This document shows, in pieces, positions 49,501 through 58,708 of a stretch of 64,000 nt of DNA. Under the pieces are notes generated by a model. It worked only from the letters and a program-made list of their open reading frames with translations, searched no databases and was not told the DNA's origin. Each line of letters opens with the position of its first letter. Position 1 is the stretch's first letter. This DNA is from Planctomycetota bacterium (lineage in GTDB: Bacteria > Planctomycetota > PLA2 > JAEUHO01). The DNA is taken from positions 32,001-96,000 of the forward strand of contig JBFWRP010000004.1 of NCBI GenBank assembly GCA_050248855.1. Reading direction: 5' to 3'. A program made the position numbers and the translations under genes.

Positions 49501-50683
49501 GGAACGCGATCCACTGCCCGTCCGGCGAGAGACGCGGCCACTCGTCCTTCGCCGCGCCGTCCGTCAGCCGCTGGGCCTTGCCGCCGCCCGACGGCATGGT
49601 CCAGATGTCGCCGAACGCGCTGAACACGAGGCGGCTGGCATCGCCGCTGGTGTGTACGTGTTGGGCGCCGCTGGTGAGCGTCCGCTCCGTCACGCCGCTG
49701 TGCCGGACGTCGCCGCGGACGACGAAGGGCAGGAGCTTGGCGGTGGGCTTGTCCTGCGTGAGGTCGGCGACGTGCAGGCGCGCGCCGCGCTCGAACACGG
49801 CGGTCTTCCCATCCCACGCCAGGTCCGGGCGGTGCACGTCGAGGCCCGTCCAGGCGCTGACTTGGCGACGCTCGCCGCCCGCGGCAGGCATCGCGTAGAA
49901 GCTGGCGACGCCCTTCTCCTCGGCCACGAACCAGACCGTGGCGCCGTCCGGCGAGAAGAAGGGGCTGCGCTCGTTGCCGAGCGTCGCGGTGAGCGCGGTC
50001 GGGATGCCGCCGTCGCGGGCCACGGTGTAGAGGTCGTAGTTGCCCGTGCCCTCGTAGTTGTCCTGGTAGATCGTGTTGAACCCGCGCGCGTACACGATCG
50101 TCTTGCCATCCGGGCTGTAGCTGCCGTCGCGACCGCCGTCCACGGTGATGGCGCGCGGCGTGCCCCCCGCGATCGGCACCTCGTAGAGGTTGAGCTGGTA
50201 GCGACCGGGGTCGCGGTTGCTGGCGAACAGCAGGAACTTCCCGTCCGGCGACCAGTCGCAGAGGATCGCGGCCGAGCTGTGCTGCGTGATGCGCGTGGGC
50301 TCGCCGCCCTCGATCGGCATCACGTAGAGGTCGTAGCCCCCGGCGCGCTGCGAGCTGAACGCGATCTGCTTGCCGTCCGGGCTGATGCGCGGGATCGTGT
50401 CCTGTGCTTCGTGGATGGTCAGGCGCTGGGCGAGCTGCGGCGAGTCGATGGACGCCGTCCAGATGTCGCCGCGCCACGTGAACGCCACGGTCTTGCCGTC
50501 GGGAGCGAGGCTGGGGTAGCGCAAGCCCCGCGTGGGCTCGGGGGCCTTCCCCTTGGCCGGCTTGTCGTCGGCGCGAGCCGTGCGGTGGGGAGCGGCCGCG
50601 ACGAGGGCGACCGCCGCGAACGTGGCGACGAAGGCGAGCAGGGGCCGTCGGGCGCGGCCCGCCCGAAGAGGACGCTGGGGCAT
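46547..50683 (-). CDS. Tricorn-like S41 family peptidase (PD40 propellers, PDZ, S41) with C-terminal tandem extra domains
   Basis: Signal peptide, many PD40 repeats (SPDGK.IAF), FYDPKMHGVDW, ELNASH, PDZ GPAAQARLRVGDEI, LDVRENGGGN, catalytic SFSDAEVF and EGYGVKPDI. Confidence 0.92.
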   Translation of the reverse strand: MPQRPLRAGRARRPLLAFVATFAAVALVAAAPHRTARADDKPAKGKAPEPTRGLRYPSLAPDGKTVAFTWRGDIWTASIDSPQLAQRLTIHEAQDTIPRISPDGKQIAFSSQRAGGYDLYVMPIEGGEPTRITQHSSAAILCDWSPDGKFLLFASNRDPGRYQLNLYEVPIAGGTPRAITVDGGRDGSYSPDGKTIVYARGFNTIYQDNYEGTGNYDLYTVARDGGIPTALTATLGNERSPFFSPDGATVWFVAEEKGVASFYAMPAAGGERRQVSAWTGLDVHRPDLAWDGKTAVFERGARLHVADLTQDKPTAKLLPFVVRGDVRHSGVTERTLTSGAQHVHTSGDASRLVFSAFGDIWTMPSGGGKAQRLTDGAAKDEWPRLSPDGQWIAFQSDRSGNSDLWVMDVRGNNVKRLTDHPKDDFFHTWSPDGRYVAFSSERSGNRDIWRLDVRSGELTQLTDHKEADDDPCWSPDGQKIAFDSGREGTQAIYVMDADGKNVRRISRGSGFFQVPTWSPDSDMIAFEAFNPAAGESGGIFVTSSQGGESMQISRDGSGACWSPRGDSILFSVGTDGAEQIYRVPAPTSIENRTRVPFLAEIEVDQRKELEQLFDEAWTKMRDGFYDPKMHGVDWNAMRAKYRDVAIEAEDKGEFQNVISQMLAELNASHLGIYGGSRPSNAVPERAVPSGYLGADFAQKSGPHGGRVITSILANGPAAQARLRVGDEIVAIGQVSLSKGSLDEALSGQVGKKVVITYRPITGDGVGEETKTEITPTDARSIAELLHRDWISGNVKKVREEGKGALAYIHLDAMNPANLSRFQATIGQLNLSKRIQGLVLDVRENGGGNIHNQLMEILTARPYAQVQPRGAPRKITQPALFWDKPVVVLINERSFSDAEVFPYCFQALGRGKIVGVPTPGGVIGTNDIQLSDGSTFRIPRVGYYGMDGTNLEGYGVKPDIVVVETPEDRVKGRDPQLAKAIEVVLAEIAEANAASKPPTPATGPKTDKPEPDTTTPGPKPATPDDAPAGARTPGPLDTLADAVKGEWARYRLRPPGGQEDTVLKLEVTDVNDDEVSLVGEVESGPAFPLPLPDRLPNRDLLTAIRVMGEVASHEVGRAKVGAAEADVASVSLAAMGTRLTLRFSNAVAGWGLVDARLGDTVVMEAIEWGSPEVVEAPPQPQPVPEPEPTPEPTPEPTPTPEPTPTPEPQPVPEPAPDSDPVPSRASPRLAGDEQDVPDMVNPLADAVVGEWARWRQVIQGQETIVEQRVVEVHEDTVVLESIVKVGDEEVRGARMERPRTANPLRLGGRGGGAIEIGEGTIEAAGRTWDCVIVTRTMRRGRVMKRWIAKDAPVTGVVREERDGEVVRELVAAGTCPGGA
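47040..47160 (-). repeat. Pro-Glu/Pro-Thr low-complexity linker inside the S41 protease
   Basis: Encodes PQPQPVPEPEPTPEPTPEPTPTPEPTPTPEPQPVPEP; GGCTCGGGCGTCGGCGTC is tandemly repeated on the plus strand. Confidence 0.85.
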
Positions 50684-50866
50684 GGCAGTTCCTTGCGGGG
50701 CCGTGCGAGCGGACTCTCCCGGGGGCCCCAGGCCGGAGAGCGGCCGGTCAAGGTAGCAGCCCTGCACGCGGTCGTCAGCCCGGGTGTACGTGCGCGCCGG
50801 TCCCGTCCAGGCCGTCGTGAGGGCGCCGCCAGGTTGGTGGGATTCCGCGCCGTCGAACGGGCGGCC

Positions 50867-52243
50867 TCAAACGCCGTGGTCGAAGGGCCCCTCTCCCCGC
50901 GAACGCTTCCCGTCGCCGTCGATGCTGCCCAGGAACTTGTCGTTGTCCGGGAACTGCTCGAGGCGGTCCACCAGCAGCGTGATCGCGTCGATGGGCCGGA
51001 CCTTCTGGAGAACGCGGCGCAGGCGGTAGATCAGCTCGAGCTGGTTGGGCGGCAGGAGCTTCTCTTCCTTGCGCGTGCCCGACAGCGAGATGTCGATGGC
51101 CGGCCACACGCGTTGCTCGGCAAGCTTGCGGTCCAGCACGAGCTCCATGTTGCCGGTGCCCTTGAACTCCTCGAAGATCACCGTGTCCATCTTCGAGTTG
51201 GTCTCGATGAGCGCGGTGGCCACGATCGTGAGCGAGCCGCCCTCTTCCAGGTTGCGGGCCGCTCCGAAGAACGCCTTCGGACGCTCGAGGCTCCTCGAGT
51301 CCATGCCGCCGGACAGCGTGCGACCGCCGCTGCGGGCAAGCAGGTTCCACGCGCGGCCCAACCGCGTCAGCGAGTCCATGAGGATCACGACGTCGCGACC
51401 CGTCTCCACGAGACGCTTGGCCTTTTTGAGCACCATCTCCGTGATGCGCGTGTGGTTCTCGGGGGTGCTGTCGTTGGTGCTGACGACGACCTCGCCTTCC
51501 GTGGCCCGCTGCATGGCGGTGGCCTCTTCGGGACGCTCGTCGACCAACAGCACGATGAGGTAGGCTTCGGGGTGGTTGATCTCCACCGCGCGGGCCAGCT
51601 GCTGGAGGATGCGCGTCTTGCCGGCCCGCGGCGGCGACACGAGGAGACCCCGCTGGCCGAAGCCGATGGGGGCCAAGAGGTCGATGATGCGCAGCGTGAT
51701 CTCGTCGAGGTTCTTGGTCAGCTCGAGCCGGCGATCGGGGTCGATGACCGTGCACTCGTCCCACTTCTTGGTCTTGTGGTACTCGTGCGGGGGCATGCCG
51801 CAGATCGAGCGGATGGAGACCAAGGGCGGGTTCTGCCCGCGGCGCCGGGGCTCGCCGATCTCGCCGTCGACGATGTCGCCGTCGCGCAGCCCGTAGGTGC
51901 GCACGAGGTCGACGCTGACGTACGGATCCTCGGCGCTGGGCTCGTAGGCCCGGTCGGGGCTGCGCAAGAAGCCATGGCCGTCCCGCGAGAGGTCGAGCAC
52001 CCCGAAGTGGCGCAGCGCGGCGTCGTCGGGGGCCTCGAACACGACCCCCGGCTCGGGCGCCGGAGGCGCAGGCGTCTCGCCCAGGAAGGCGAACGGGATC
52101 CCGTTGTCGTCGATGATCGGCGCCGAACCCGGCGACGGGCTCGGCCCGGCCCCCGGGCGGCCCCGGCCGCGACCACCGCGGCGTCGACGACGCTGGTTGC
52201 CCCCCTGATGGCGAGGGTGTTGGACGTTCTTCCGGGTACGCAA
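50867..52243 (-). CDS. rho: Transcription termination factor Rho
   Basis: GHGFLR, DPYVS, PIGFGQRGLLVSPPRAGKT, LVDERPEE, DSLTRL, TLSGG, FFGAARN, EEFKGTGNME and SGTRKEE. Start is uncertain; TTG 52243 follows GGGGGA. Confidence 0.93.
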   Translation of the reverse strand: MRTRKNVQHPRHQGGNQRRRRRGGRGRGRPGAGPSPSPGSAPIIDDNGIPFAFLGETPAPPAPEPGVVFEAPDDAALRHFGVLDLSRDGHGFLRSPDRAYEPSAEDPYVSVDLVRTYGLRDGDIVDGEIGEPRRRGQNPPLVSIRSICGMPPHEYHKTKKWDECTVIDPDRRLELTKNLDEITLRIIDLLAPIGFGQRGLLVSPPRAGKTRILQQLARAVEINHPEAYLIVLLVDERPEEATAMQRATEGEVVVSTNDSTPENHTRITEMVLKKAKRLVETGRDVVILMDSLTRLGRAWNLLARSGGRTLSGGMDSRSLERPKAFFGAARNLEEGGSLTIVATALIETNSKMDTVIFEEFKGTGNMELVLDRKLAEQRVWPAIDISLSGTRKEEKLLPPNQLELIYRLRRVLQKVRPIDAITLLVDRLEQFPDNDKFLGSIDGDGKRSRGEGPFDHGV

Positions 52244-52704
52244 GGTGAGGATTCCCCCCAGCGACCGGACCCGAAGCGGGTCGGCTCGCACGTGGCCCCA
52301 TGCCGTGCATGAGAGGCCGTGGGATCGGTCGGGCGCGGCCCCAGCGAAGGGGCGGCGCGACAGAAGACAAGGAAGCAAGGGGTTCGGAAGGCGGCTGCAG
52401 GAAGGTGGTTCGAGCCACCTCGGGGCAAGTGCCCCTCCCGTCAAGACCCGGATCACCTCGCCAGGGAGGGGCCGGCGGGCCGCCGGGAGATCGCGTGGGG
52501 CGCGCGCGAACCCCGCGCGCCGCGTCCCACCTTGCCGGTCGGATCCTACCCCCCGGCGCGGGGGCAGCCAAGTCCGTCTTGTGCGAAGGGCGCCTGGCGG
52601 CCGGCCGGGGGACCTGGGGCCCGGCAAACCTCCGGGGCCCTGGGGCCGGCGGGCTACCTTCTGCCGCTTGTCCCGCGGCCAGCGGGTGCTGCCTTGGAGA
52701 CCGC

Positions 52705-53994
52705 ATGGACTTCCGCCTCGAGACGCTTGCTCCCTGCCACCGGAAGGTCGCCGTGACCGTGCCCGCCGAGCGGGTCCGCGAGGCCTTCGCCGAGAAGACG
52801 AAGGAGGTCAACGACCAGATCGTCCTCCCGGGCTTCCGCAAGGGCCACGCCCCGCGCAAGCTCCTGGAACAGCGTTTCGGCAAGCACCTGGCCGAGGAGG
52901 TGCGTCGCGATCTGCTGAAGGCCATCTTCGAGGCCCTGGAGAGCGAGCAGAAGGTCACGCTCTTGGCTCCGCCCGAGATCGACGTGGAGGCCCTCGAGGT
53001 CAAGCCCGACAGCCCGCTGGCGCTCGAGTTCGAGATCCTGACGCGGCCCGAGTTCGAGACCCCCACCTACAAGGGCCTCGATGTCACCCTCCCGGCCATC
53101 GAGGTGGGCGACGAGGAGATCCAAGCCGGCCTCGACCGCCTGCGCCGTCGCAGCGCCCGACTCGAGCCCGTCGCCGACGCCGTCATCACGGACGCCGACA
53201 TCCTCGTGGTCGACTGGAAGGCCATGGACGGCGACAGCGTGGCCGCCCGCGACGAGGGCACGTACTACCCGTTCGGTCGCGGCGTCCTGGCGGGCTTCGT
53301 GACGTCCGAGCTGGACGAGCAGCTGCGAGGCGGCAAGGTCGGGGCGAAGGCCACGGCCGAGGTCAAGGTGGCGCCCGACGACCCGCGCGAGGACCTGCGC
53401 GGCAAGACGCTGGCCCTCGAGGTCGAGGTCACCGAAGTCCAGCGCTATCTGCTGCCCGAGGTGGACGCCGGGTTCCTGGCCAAGCACGACTTCGACGACG
53501 AGGCGGAGATGCGCGAGGAGATCGGGAAGGGCATCCGCCGGGCCAAGGCGCGCCTGCGCGAGCGCGAGGCCGAGGAGATGCTCGTCGAGCAGCTGGTCGG
53601 CGGCATCGAGATGTCGCTGCCCCAGCCCTTCGTCGAGCGGGAGCTGGCCTCCTGGGCCCGCCGCAAGCGCATGGCGCTGGAGATGGACAAGGTCGAGGAA
53701 GACGAGATCGCCCGCCAGGTCGCCGCCGAAGAGGGCGAGGCCAAGGCCGCCGTCGAGAAGGACTTGCGCACCCAGTTCCTGCTCGATCGCATCGCCGACG
53801 CCGAAGACATCCAGGTCACCGAGAGCGACCTTTCCGCGGCGCTCCACGAGATCGCCCAGGCCTACGGTCACCCGGTCGAACAGGTGCTTGCCAGCTACCG
53901 CGACGGCGGGCGCCTGCGGGAGCTCGCTGCGCAGGTCCGGCACCGCAAGGTCCGCGACCTGATCCGTCGCGAGGCCACGATCGTCGAAGCCTGA
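52705..53994 (+). CDS. tig: Trigger factor
   Basis: Ribosome-binding signature LPGFRKGHAP, GGAG RBS and position upstream of clpP-clpX. Confidence 0.93.
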   Translation: MDFRLETLAPCHRKVAVTVPAERVREAFAEKTKEVNDQIVLPGFRKGHAPRKLLEQRFGKHLAEEVRRDLLKAIFEALESEQKVTLLAPPEIDVEALEVKPDSPLALEFEILTRPEFETPTYKGLDVTLPAIEVGDEEIQAGLDRLRRRSARLEPVADAVITDADILVVDWKAMDGDSVAARDEGTYYPFGRGVLAGFVTSELDEQLRGGKVGAKATAEVKVAPDDPREDLRGKTLALEVEVTEVQRYLLPEVDAGFLAKHDFDDEAEMREEIGKGIRRAKARLREREAEEMLVEQLVGGIEMSLPQPFVERELASWARRKRMALEMDKVEEDEIARQVAAEEGEAKAAVEKDLRTQFLLDRIADAEDIQVTESDLSAALHEIAQAYGHPVEQVLASYRDGGRLRELAAQVRHRKVRDLIRREATIVEA

Positions 53995-54090
53995 CCCCCG
54001 CGACGCCGTCGATCGACCCGCGGCGGCCCCACTGCCTCTCCCCCGGGGCATGATGGGGCCGACCCCGAAACGCCCCCGAGGAGCACGCCC

Positions 54091-54765
54091 GTGTCCGACG
54101 TCCCCGCCGGCCTTGGCTTCGATGCCTCTGCAGGTTCTCGCCTGGAAGGCCCCAACGCCTACATCCCCAATCCCGTCATCATCGAGCGGACGGGGCGCGG
54201 CGAGCGGCACTACGACGTGTGGAGCCGCCTGCTCGAGGACCGCATCGTGTACCTCGGCACCCCCATCAACGACACGGTCGCCAACCTGCTGATCGGCCAG
54301 CTCCTGGTCTTGGAGAAGAGCGACCGACAGCGCGACGTGCACCTCTACATCAACAGCCCCGGCGGCAGCATCTCCGCAGGGCTGGCCGTGTACGACACGA
54401 TGCAGTACATCGCCTGCCCCGTGGAGACGGTCTGCATCGGCAGCGCCGCCAGCATGGCCGCGATCCTCTTGGCCGCCGGCACGCCGGGCAAGCGCTACGC
54501 GCTGCCCAACGCCCGCGTCATGATCCACCAGCCCTGGGGCGGGGCCCAGGGCACCGCGGCCGACATCGAGATCCAGGCCGAGGAAATCCTCCACGCGCGC
54601 AAGGTGCTGAACGACATCCTCTCCCGCCACACGGGCCGCCCCGTGAAGGACGTGGAGCGCGACACCGACCGCGACAAGTTCCTCTCGGCCGAGGAGGCCC
54701 GGGCGTACGGCCTCGTGGACGAGGTCGTGGAGTCCAAGAAGGAGCCGGCCCCCGCATCAGCCTGA
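54091..54765 (+). CDS. clpP: ATP-dependent Clp protease proteolytic subunit
   Basis: [21 protein letters not shown], catalytic GSAASM, MIHQP and DTDRD. GAGGAG RBS. Confidence 0.96.
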   Translation: MSDVPAGLGFDASAGSRLEGPNAYIPNPVIIERTGRGERHYDVWSRLLEDRIVYLGTPINDTVANLLIGQLLVLEKSDRQRDVHLYINSPGGSISAGLAVYDTMQYIACPVETVCIGSAASMAAILLAAGTPGKRYALPNARVMIHQPWGGAQGTAADIEIQAEEILHARKVLNDILSRHTGRPVKDVERDTDRDKFLSAEEARAYGLVDEVVESKKEPAPASA

Positions 54766-54857
54766 CGGCCCGACGCATCCCACGGCCCGGCGTATGCTGA
54801 GCCGGGCGCGGGGGGATGGGGCGCCAGCCGAGACGGGGCCACGGAGGACCGACACGC

Positions 54858-56168
54858 ATGGCATCGCGGCGCGGACCGGTCGAGAAGTGCACCTTCTGCG
54901 GCAAGAGCCGGCACACGGTCGAGAGCCTCATTGCCGGTCCGCCGGGCATCAACATCTGCAACGAATGCGTCGAGCTCTGCAACACGATCCTCGTCGAAGA
55001 GCAGCGCCGTCACGGACGCGGCGGCAGCGGCCGCAGCGAGGCCCCCACGGGGCTACCCGGCACCGACGGCGTGGGCCTCAAGACGCCGCGCGAGATCCAG
55101 GAGCACCTCGACGGCTACGTGATCGGCCAGAGCCGGGCCAAGCGTGCCTTGAGCGTCGCCGTCTACAACCACTACCGCCGCGCCCAGAAGAACCGTGGCG
55201 ACGTCGAGATCGACAAGAGCAACATCCTGCTCGTCGGCCCCACGGGCAGCGGCAAGACCTTGCTCGCCCGCACGCTCGCACGCGTGCTGGACGTGCCGTT
55301 CGCCATCGCCGACGCCACGACCCTGACCGAGGCCGGCTACGTGGGCGAGGACGTCGAGAACATCCTGCTCAAGCTGCTGCAGGCGGCCGACTTCAACCGC
55401 GAGCGCGCCGAGTACGGGATCATCTACATCGACGAGATCGACAAGATCAACCGCACCACGCAGAACACCTCGATCACGCGGGATGTCAGCGGCGAGGGCG
55501 TACAGCAGGCCTTGCTCAAGATCATGGAGGGCACGGTCGCCAACGTGCCCCCGCAGGGCGGCCGCAAGCACCCCGAGCAGCAGTACATCCACCTCGACAC
55601 CACGAACATCCTGTTCATCTGCGGCGGGACGTTCACGGGGCTGGAAGACATCGTCGCCCGGCGCGTCGGCAGCACGCGCATCGGCTTCGGCTCGGCGGGC
55701 ACGATGGGCCCGCGCTCGGCCACCGACGACGTCGACGCCGAGGAGCGCGCCCGCGCCCGCCTGCTGCAGAGCGTCGAGCCCCACGACCTGGTCGAGTTCG
55801 GGATGATCCCGGAGTTCGTCGGGCGCCTGCCCGTCCTGGCCACGCTCGACCCGCTGACGCGCGCCGACATGATCCGCGTGCTGACCGAGCCCAAGAACGC
55901 GCTCACGCGCCAGTACCAGCAGATCTTCGCCTACGAGGACGCCGAGCTCGAGTTCGAGGAAGACGCCCTGCTCGCCATCGCCGACAAGGCGAAGAAGCGC
56001 GACACGGGCGTGCGCGCCTTGCGCTCCATCCTCGAGGACCTGCTGCTCGACACGATGTTCGAGCTGCCCGACGCGCCGCGCGGCACGCGCTTCCGCGTCA
56101 CGCGCGGCGCCGTCGAGGGCCAAGAGCCGCTGCGCAAGCTGGCCAAGCGACGCAAGACGGGGTCTTGA
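54858..56168 (+). CDS. clpX: ATP-dependent Clp protease ATP-binding subunit
   Basis: C4 zinc finger CTFC...[37 protein letters not shown] and IGF loop. Confidence 0.97.
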   Translation: MASRRGPVEKCTFCGKSRHTVESLIAGPPGINICNECVELCNTILVEEQRRHGRGGSGRSEAPTGLPGTDGVGLKTPREIQEHLDGYVIGQSRAKRALSVAVYNHYRRAQKNRGDVEIDKSNILLVGPTGSGKTLLARTLARVLDVPFAIADATTLTEAGYVGEDVENILLKLLQAADFNRERAEYGIIYIDEIDKINRTTQNTSITRDVSGEGVQQALLKIMEGTVANVPPQGGRKHPEQQYIHLDTTNILFICGGTFTGLEDIVARRVGSTRIGFGSAGTMGPRSATDDVDAEERARARLLQSVEPHDLVEFGMIPEFVGRLPVLATLDPLTRADMIRVLTEPKNALTRQYQQIFAYEDAELEFEEDALLAIADKAKKRDTGVRALRSILEDLLLDTMFELPDAPRGTRFRVTRGAVEGQEPLRKLAKRRKTGS

Positions 56169-57226
56169 TGGCCGAGCGGGCCGCCGCGCCCGAGCGCCCC
56201 CTCACGGGCGACCTGCCCGAGGTGCTTGCCGAGCGGCTGGCCGCCCTGGGCGAGCCCCCCTACCGTGCGCGCCAGCTGTTCCGCGCGTTCCACGCCGAGG
56301 GCCGTCTCGACCCGCGGTCGATCACCCCGCTGCCCGCCGCCTTGCGGGAGCGTCTGGCCTGCGAGGCGCCGCCCGCGACCACGCTGAAGGAGGTCCAGGA
56401 GGCCGCCGACGGCACCACCAAGCTGTTGCTGGGCCTTTCCGACGGGCGCGCCGTGGAGGCGGTGCTGATCCCGGAGAACGACCGCGTCACGGTGTGTGTC
56501 TCCACCCAAGTCGGATGCCCAATCCGCTGCATCTTCTGCGCGTCGGGTGTGCGCGGCCTGCTGCGCAACCTCGAGCCCGCCGAGATCGTCGAGCCGCTGA
56601 TCCACGCCCGCGCGCGGCTCGGCAAGCGCCCGACGCACATCGTCCTCATGGGCATGGGCGAGCCGCTCCTCAACCTCGACGCCGTCGTGCAGGCCATCCG
56701 CATCTGGACGCACCCCGATGGCATGGCCATGAGCCCACGGCGCATCACGGTGTCCACGGCGCTCACCCCCCAGCGCATCGACGCGCTCGCCGCGGCCGAC
56801 CTCGGCGTGAACCTCGCCGTTTCGCTGCACGCTCCCGACGACGCCACGCGGGCCGAGCTCGTCCCGGGCTCGCCAGTCGGCCGCGTGAAGGCGCTGGTCG
56901 AGGCCGCGGCCCGCTTCGCCACCACCACGCGCCGCGACGCCACGGTCGAGTACGTGCTCATCGACAAGCTCAACGACCAGCCTCGGCACGCGGAAGCGTT
57001 GGCCGACCTGCTCGAGGGCCTCCCGATCCACGTCAACCTGATCCCCTTCAACCCCGTCGGCCATCGGCCCGACCTCGCTCCGCCGTCGGGGCTTGCCGCC
57101 ACCGGCTTCGCCCGCCGCCTCGCCGAGCGCAACGTCAGCGTGACCCTCCGCACCCAGCGCGGCGAGGACATCGCCGCCGCCTGCGGCCAGCTGGCGCTGG
57201 AGCGGGCGTTGGGCGAGCAGGGGTAG
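56168..57226 (+). CDS. rlmN: Dual-specificity RNA methyltransferase RlmN (radical SAM)
   Basis: CVSTQVGCPIRCIFC, MGMGEPL, VSLHA, VNLIPFN and RGEDIAAACGQL. TGATG overlap with clpX. Confidence 0.93.
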   Translation: MAERAAAPERPLTGDLPEVLAERLAALGEPPYRARQLFRAFHAEGRLDPRSITPLPAALRERLACEAPPATTLKEVQEAADGTTKLLLGLSDGRAVEAVLIPENDRVTVCVSTQVGCPIRCIFCASGVRGLLRNLEPAEIVEPLIHARARLGKRPTHIVLMGMGEPLLNLDAVVQAIRIWTHPDGMAMSPRRITVSTALTPQRIDALAAADLGVNLAVSLHAPDDATRAELVPGSPVGRVKALVEAAARFATTTRRDATVEYVLIDKLNDQPRHAEALADLLEGLPIHVNLIPFNPVGHRPDLAPPSGLAATGFARRLAERNVSVTLRTQRGEDIAAACGQLALERALGEQG

Positions 57227-57235
57227 CGAGCGGTG

Positions 57236-58708
57236 TCAGCCAGCGCGCGCGTCGGCCACCAAGCGCTCGAGGACTGCTGCGACGACGGCGGGGTCGCCTT
57301 GGCCGGCTAGCGCCTTCATGACGGCGCCGAAGAGGCGGCCCTTGGCCTTCTCGTTGCCGCCGACCCAGTCGGCCCAGGCGGCCGCGTTGGCCTGGATCGC
57401 GGCCGCCGCGGCTGCCTCGACCGCACCCGTGTCCTGCACGCGGGCCAGGCCCCGCTCGGCGACTAGGGCCGCAGGCGACGCGCCGCTCTTCACGACCTCG
57501 CGGAACAGCTCCTGGGCGGTGCGGCGGGTGATGGTGCCGTCGTCGAGCAGGTCCACGAGCTCACCGAGCCCCTCGGGCGTCAGCGCGACGTCGCCAAGCG
57601 CCACGCGCTCGTCGTTGACATGGCGCAAGAGCTCCGTGCTGACCCACGTGGCGACGGCCTTGGCATCACGCTGGCCCTTCGGTCCCGCGAGCGCCGCCTC
57701 GTACCACGTGGCGAGCGCCGGGTCGGCGGTGAGCACGCCGGCGTCGTAGGCCGAGAGGCCCAGCTCGTCGACGTAGCGGGCGCGCTTCACGCGCGGCAGC
57801 TCGGGAAGGGTGGCGCGCAGGTCCTCGACGTAGCTGACGGGGATGCGGAGCGGCGGCAGGTCGGGCTCGGGGAAGTAGCGGTAGTCGTCGGCCGACTCCT
57901 TGGAGCGCTGGTGCACCGTGACCTGGCGCACGTCGTCGAAGCCCCGCGTGCTGCGTGGTGTGTTGTCGGCCGTCTCGCCGCGCGCTTCGTAGGCTTCGGC
58001 CTGGCGCCTGGCCTCGAACTCGATGGCCAGGCGCACGGCCTGCACCGAGTTGATGTTCTTGACCTCGACGATCGGCGTGCGGTCGCCGTTCGGGTAGACG
58101 AGGTTCACGTTGGGCTCGCAGCGCAGGTTCCCCTCCTGCATGTTGCCGTCGCTGGTGCCCACGTACGCGACGATCTCGCGCAGGGCTTCCAGGTAGCGCA
58201 CGGCCTCCTCGGCGCTGGCCAGGTCCGGCTCGCTCACGATCTCGAGCAGCGGCGTGCCGGCGCGATTGAGGTCCACGCGGCTCTTGGAGCCCCCGACGTC
58301 GTGCGTGCTGCGGCCCGTGTCCTCTTCCAGGTGCGCACGGCGGATGCGCACGCGCTTGGGCTCTCCGTCGTCCCCTTCGATCTCCACGGCGCCCTCGACG
58401 CAGAGCGGCTGGTCGTATTGGCTGATCTGGTAGCCCTTCGGGAGGTCGGGATAGAAGTAGCTCTTGCGGTCCCACTTGGTGATCGCGGCGATGCGGCAGC
58501 CCAGCGCCAGCCCCGTACGGATGCCTTGGCGGACGGCCTCGCGGTTGAGCACGGGGAGTGCCCCGGGCAAGCCCGCCGACGTCGGGTCGAGCAGCGTGTT
58601 GGGGTCGGCGCCGAAGGACACCGGGCTCGACGAGAAGCACTTGGTGCGCGTCTTCAGCTGGAGGTGGACCTCGATGCCGATCAGCAGGCGCGGGGTGGTG
58701 GCGCTCAT
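57236..58708 (-). CDS. gatB: Asp/Glu-tRNA amidotransferase subunit B
   Basis: IGIEVHLQL, RKSYFYPDLPKGYQISQ, HLEED, DLNRAGTPLLEIVSEP and DYRYFPEPDL. Confidence 0.97.
   Translation of the reverse strand: MSATTPRLLIGIEVHLQLKTRTKCFSSSPVSFGADPNTLLDPTSAGLPGALPVLNREAVRQGIRTGLALGCRIAAITKWDRKSYFYPDLPKGYQISQYDQPLCVEGAVEIEGDDGEPKRVRIRRAHLEEDTGRSTHDVGGSKSRVDLNRAGTPLLEIVSEPDLASAEEAVRYLEALREIVAYVGTSDGNMQEGNLRCEPNVNLVYPNGDRTPIVEVKNINSVQAVRLAIEFEARRQAEAYEARGETADNTPRSTRGFDDVRQVTVHQRSKESADDYRYFPEPDLPPLRIPVSYVEDLRATLPELPRVKRARYVDELGLSAYDAGVLTADPALATWYEAALAGPKGQRDAKAVATWVSTELLRHVNDERVALGDVALTPEGLGELVDLLDDGTITRRTAQELFREVVKSGASPAALVAERGLARVQDTGAVEAAAAAAIQANAAAWADWVGGNEKAKGRLFGAVMKALAGQGDPAVVAAVLERLVADARAG

Noticed and set aside
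46229..52312. 2027-aa plus-strand ORF
   Set aside because: Antisense shadow of the S41 protease and rho. Long stop-free antisense frames are expected at this GC content, and it has no recognisable motifs.
52403..52420. tRNA T-arm-like hairpin (AGGTGG-TTCGAG-CCACCT) upstream of tig
   Set aside because: The loop is 6 nt rather than 7, and no acceptor, D or anticodon arms could be built around it.
52615..52660. GGCAAACC resembling the start of a c-di-GMP-I riboswitch
   Set aside because: The downstream GNRA-capped stem and GCAAAG-type elements are missing.
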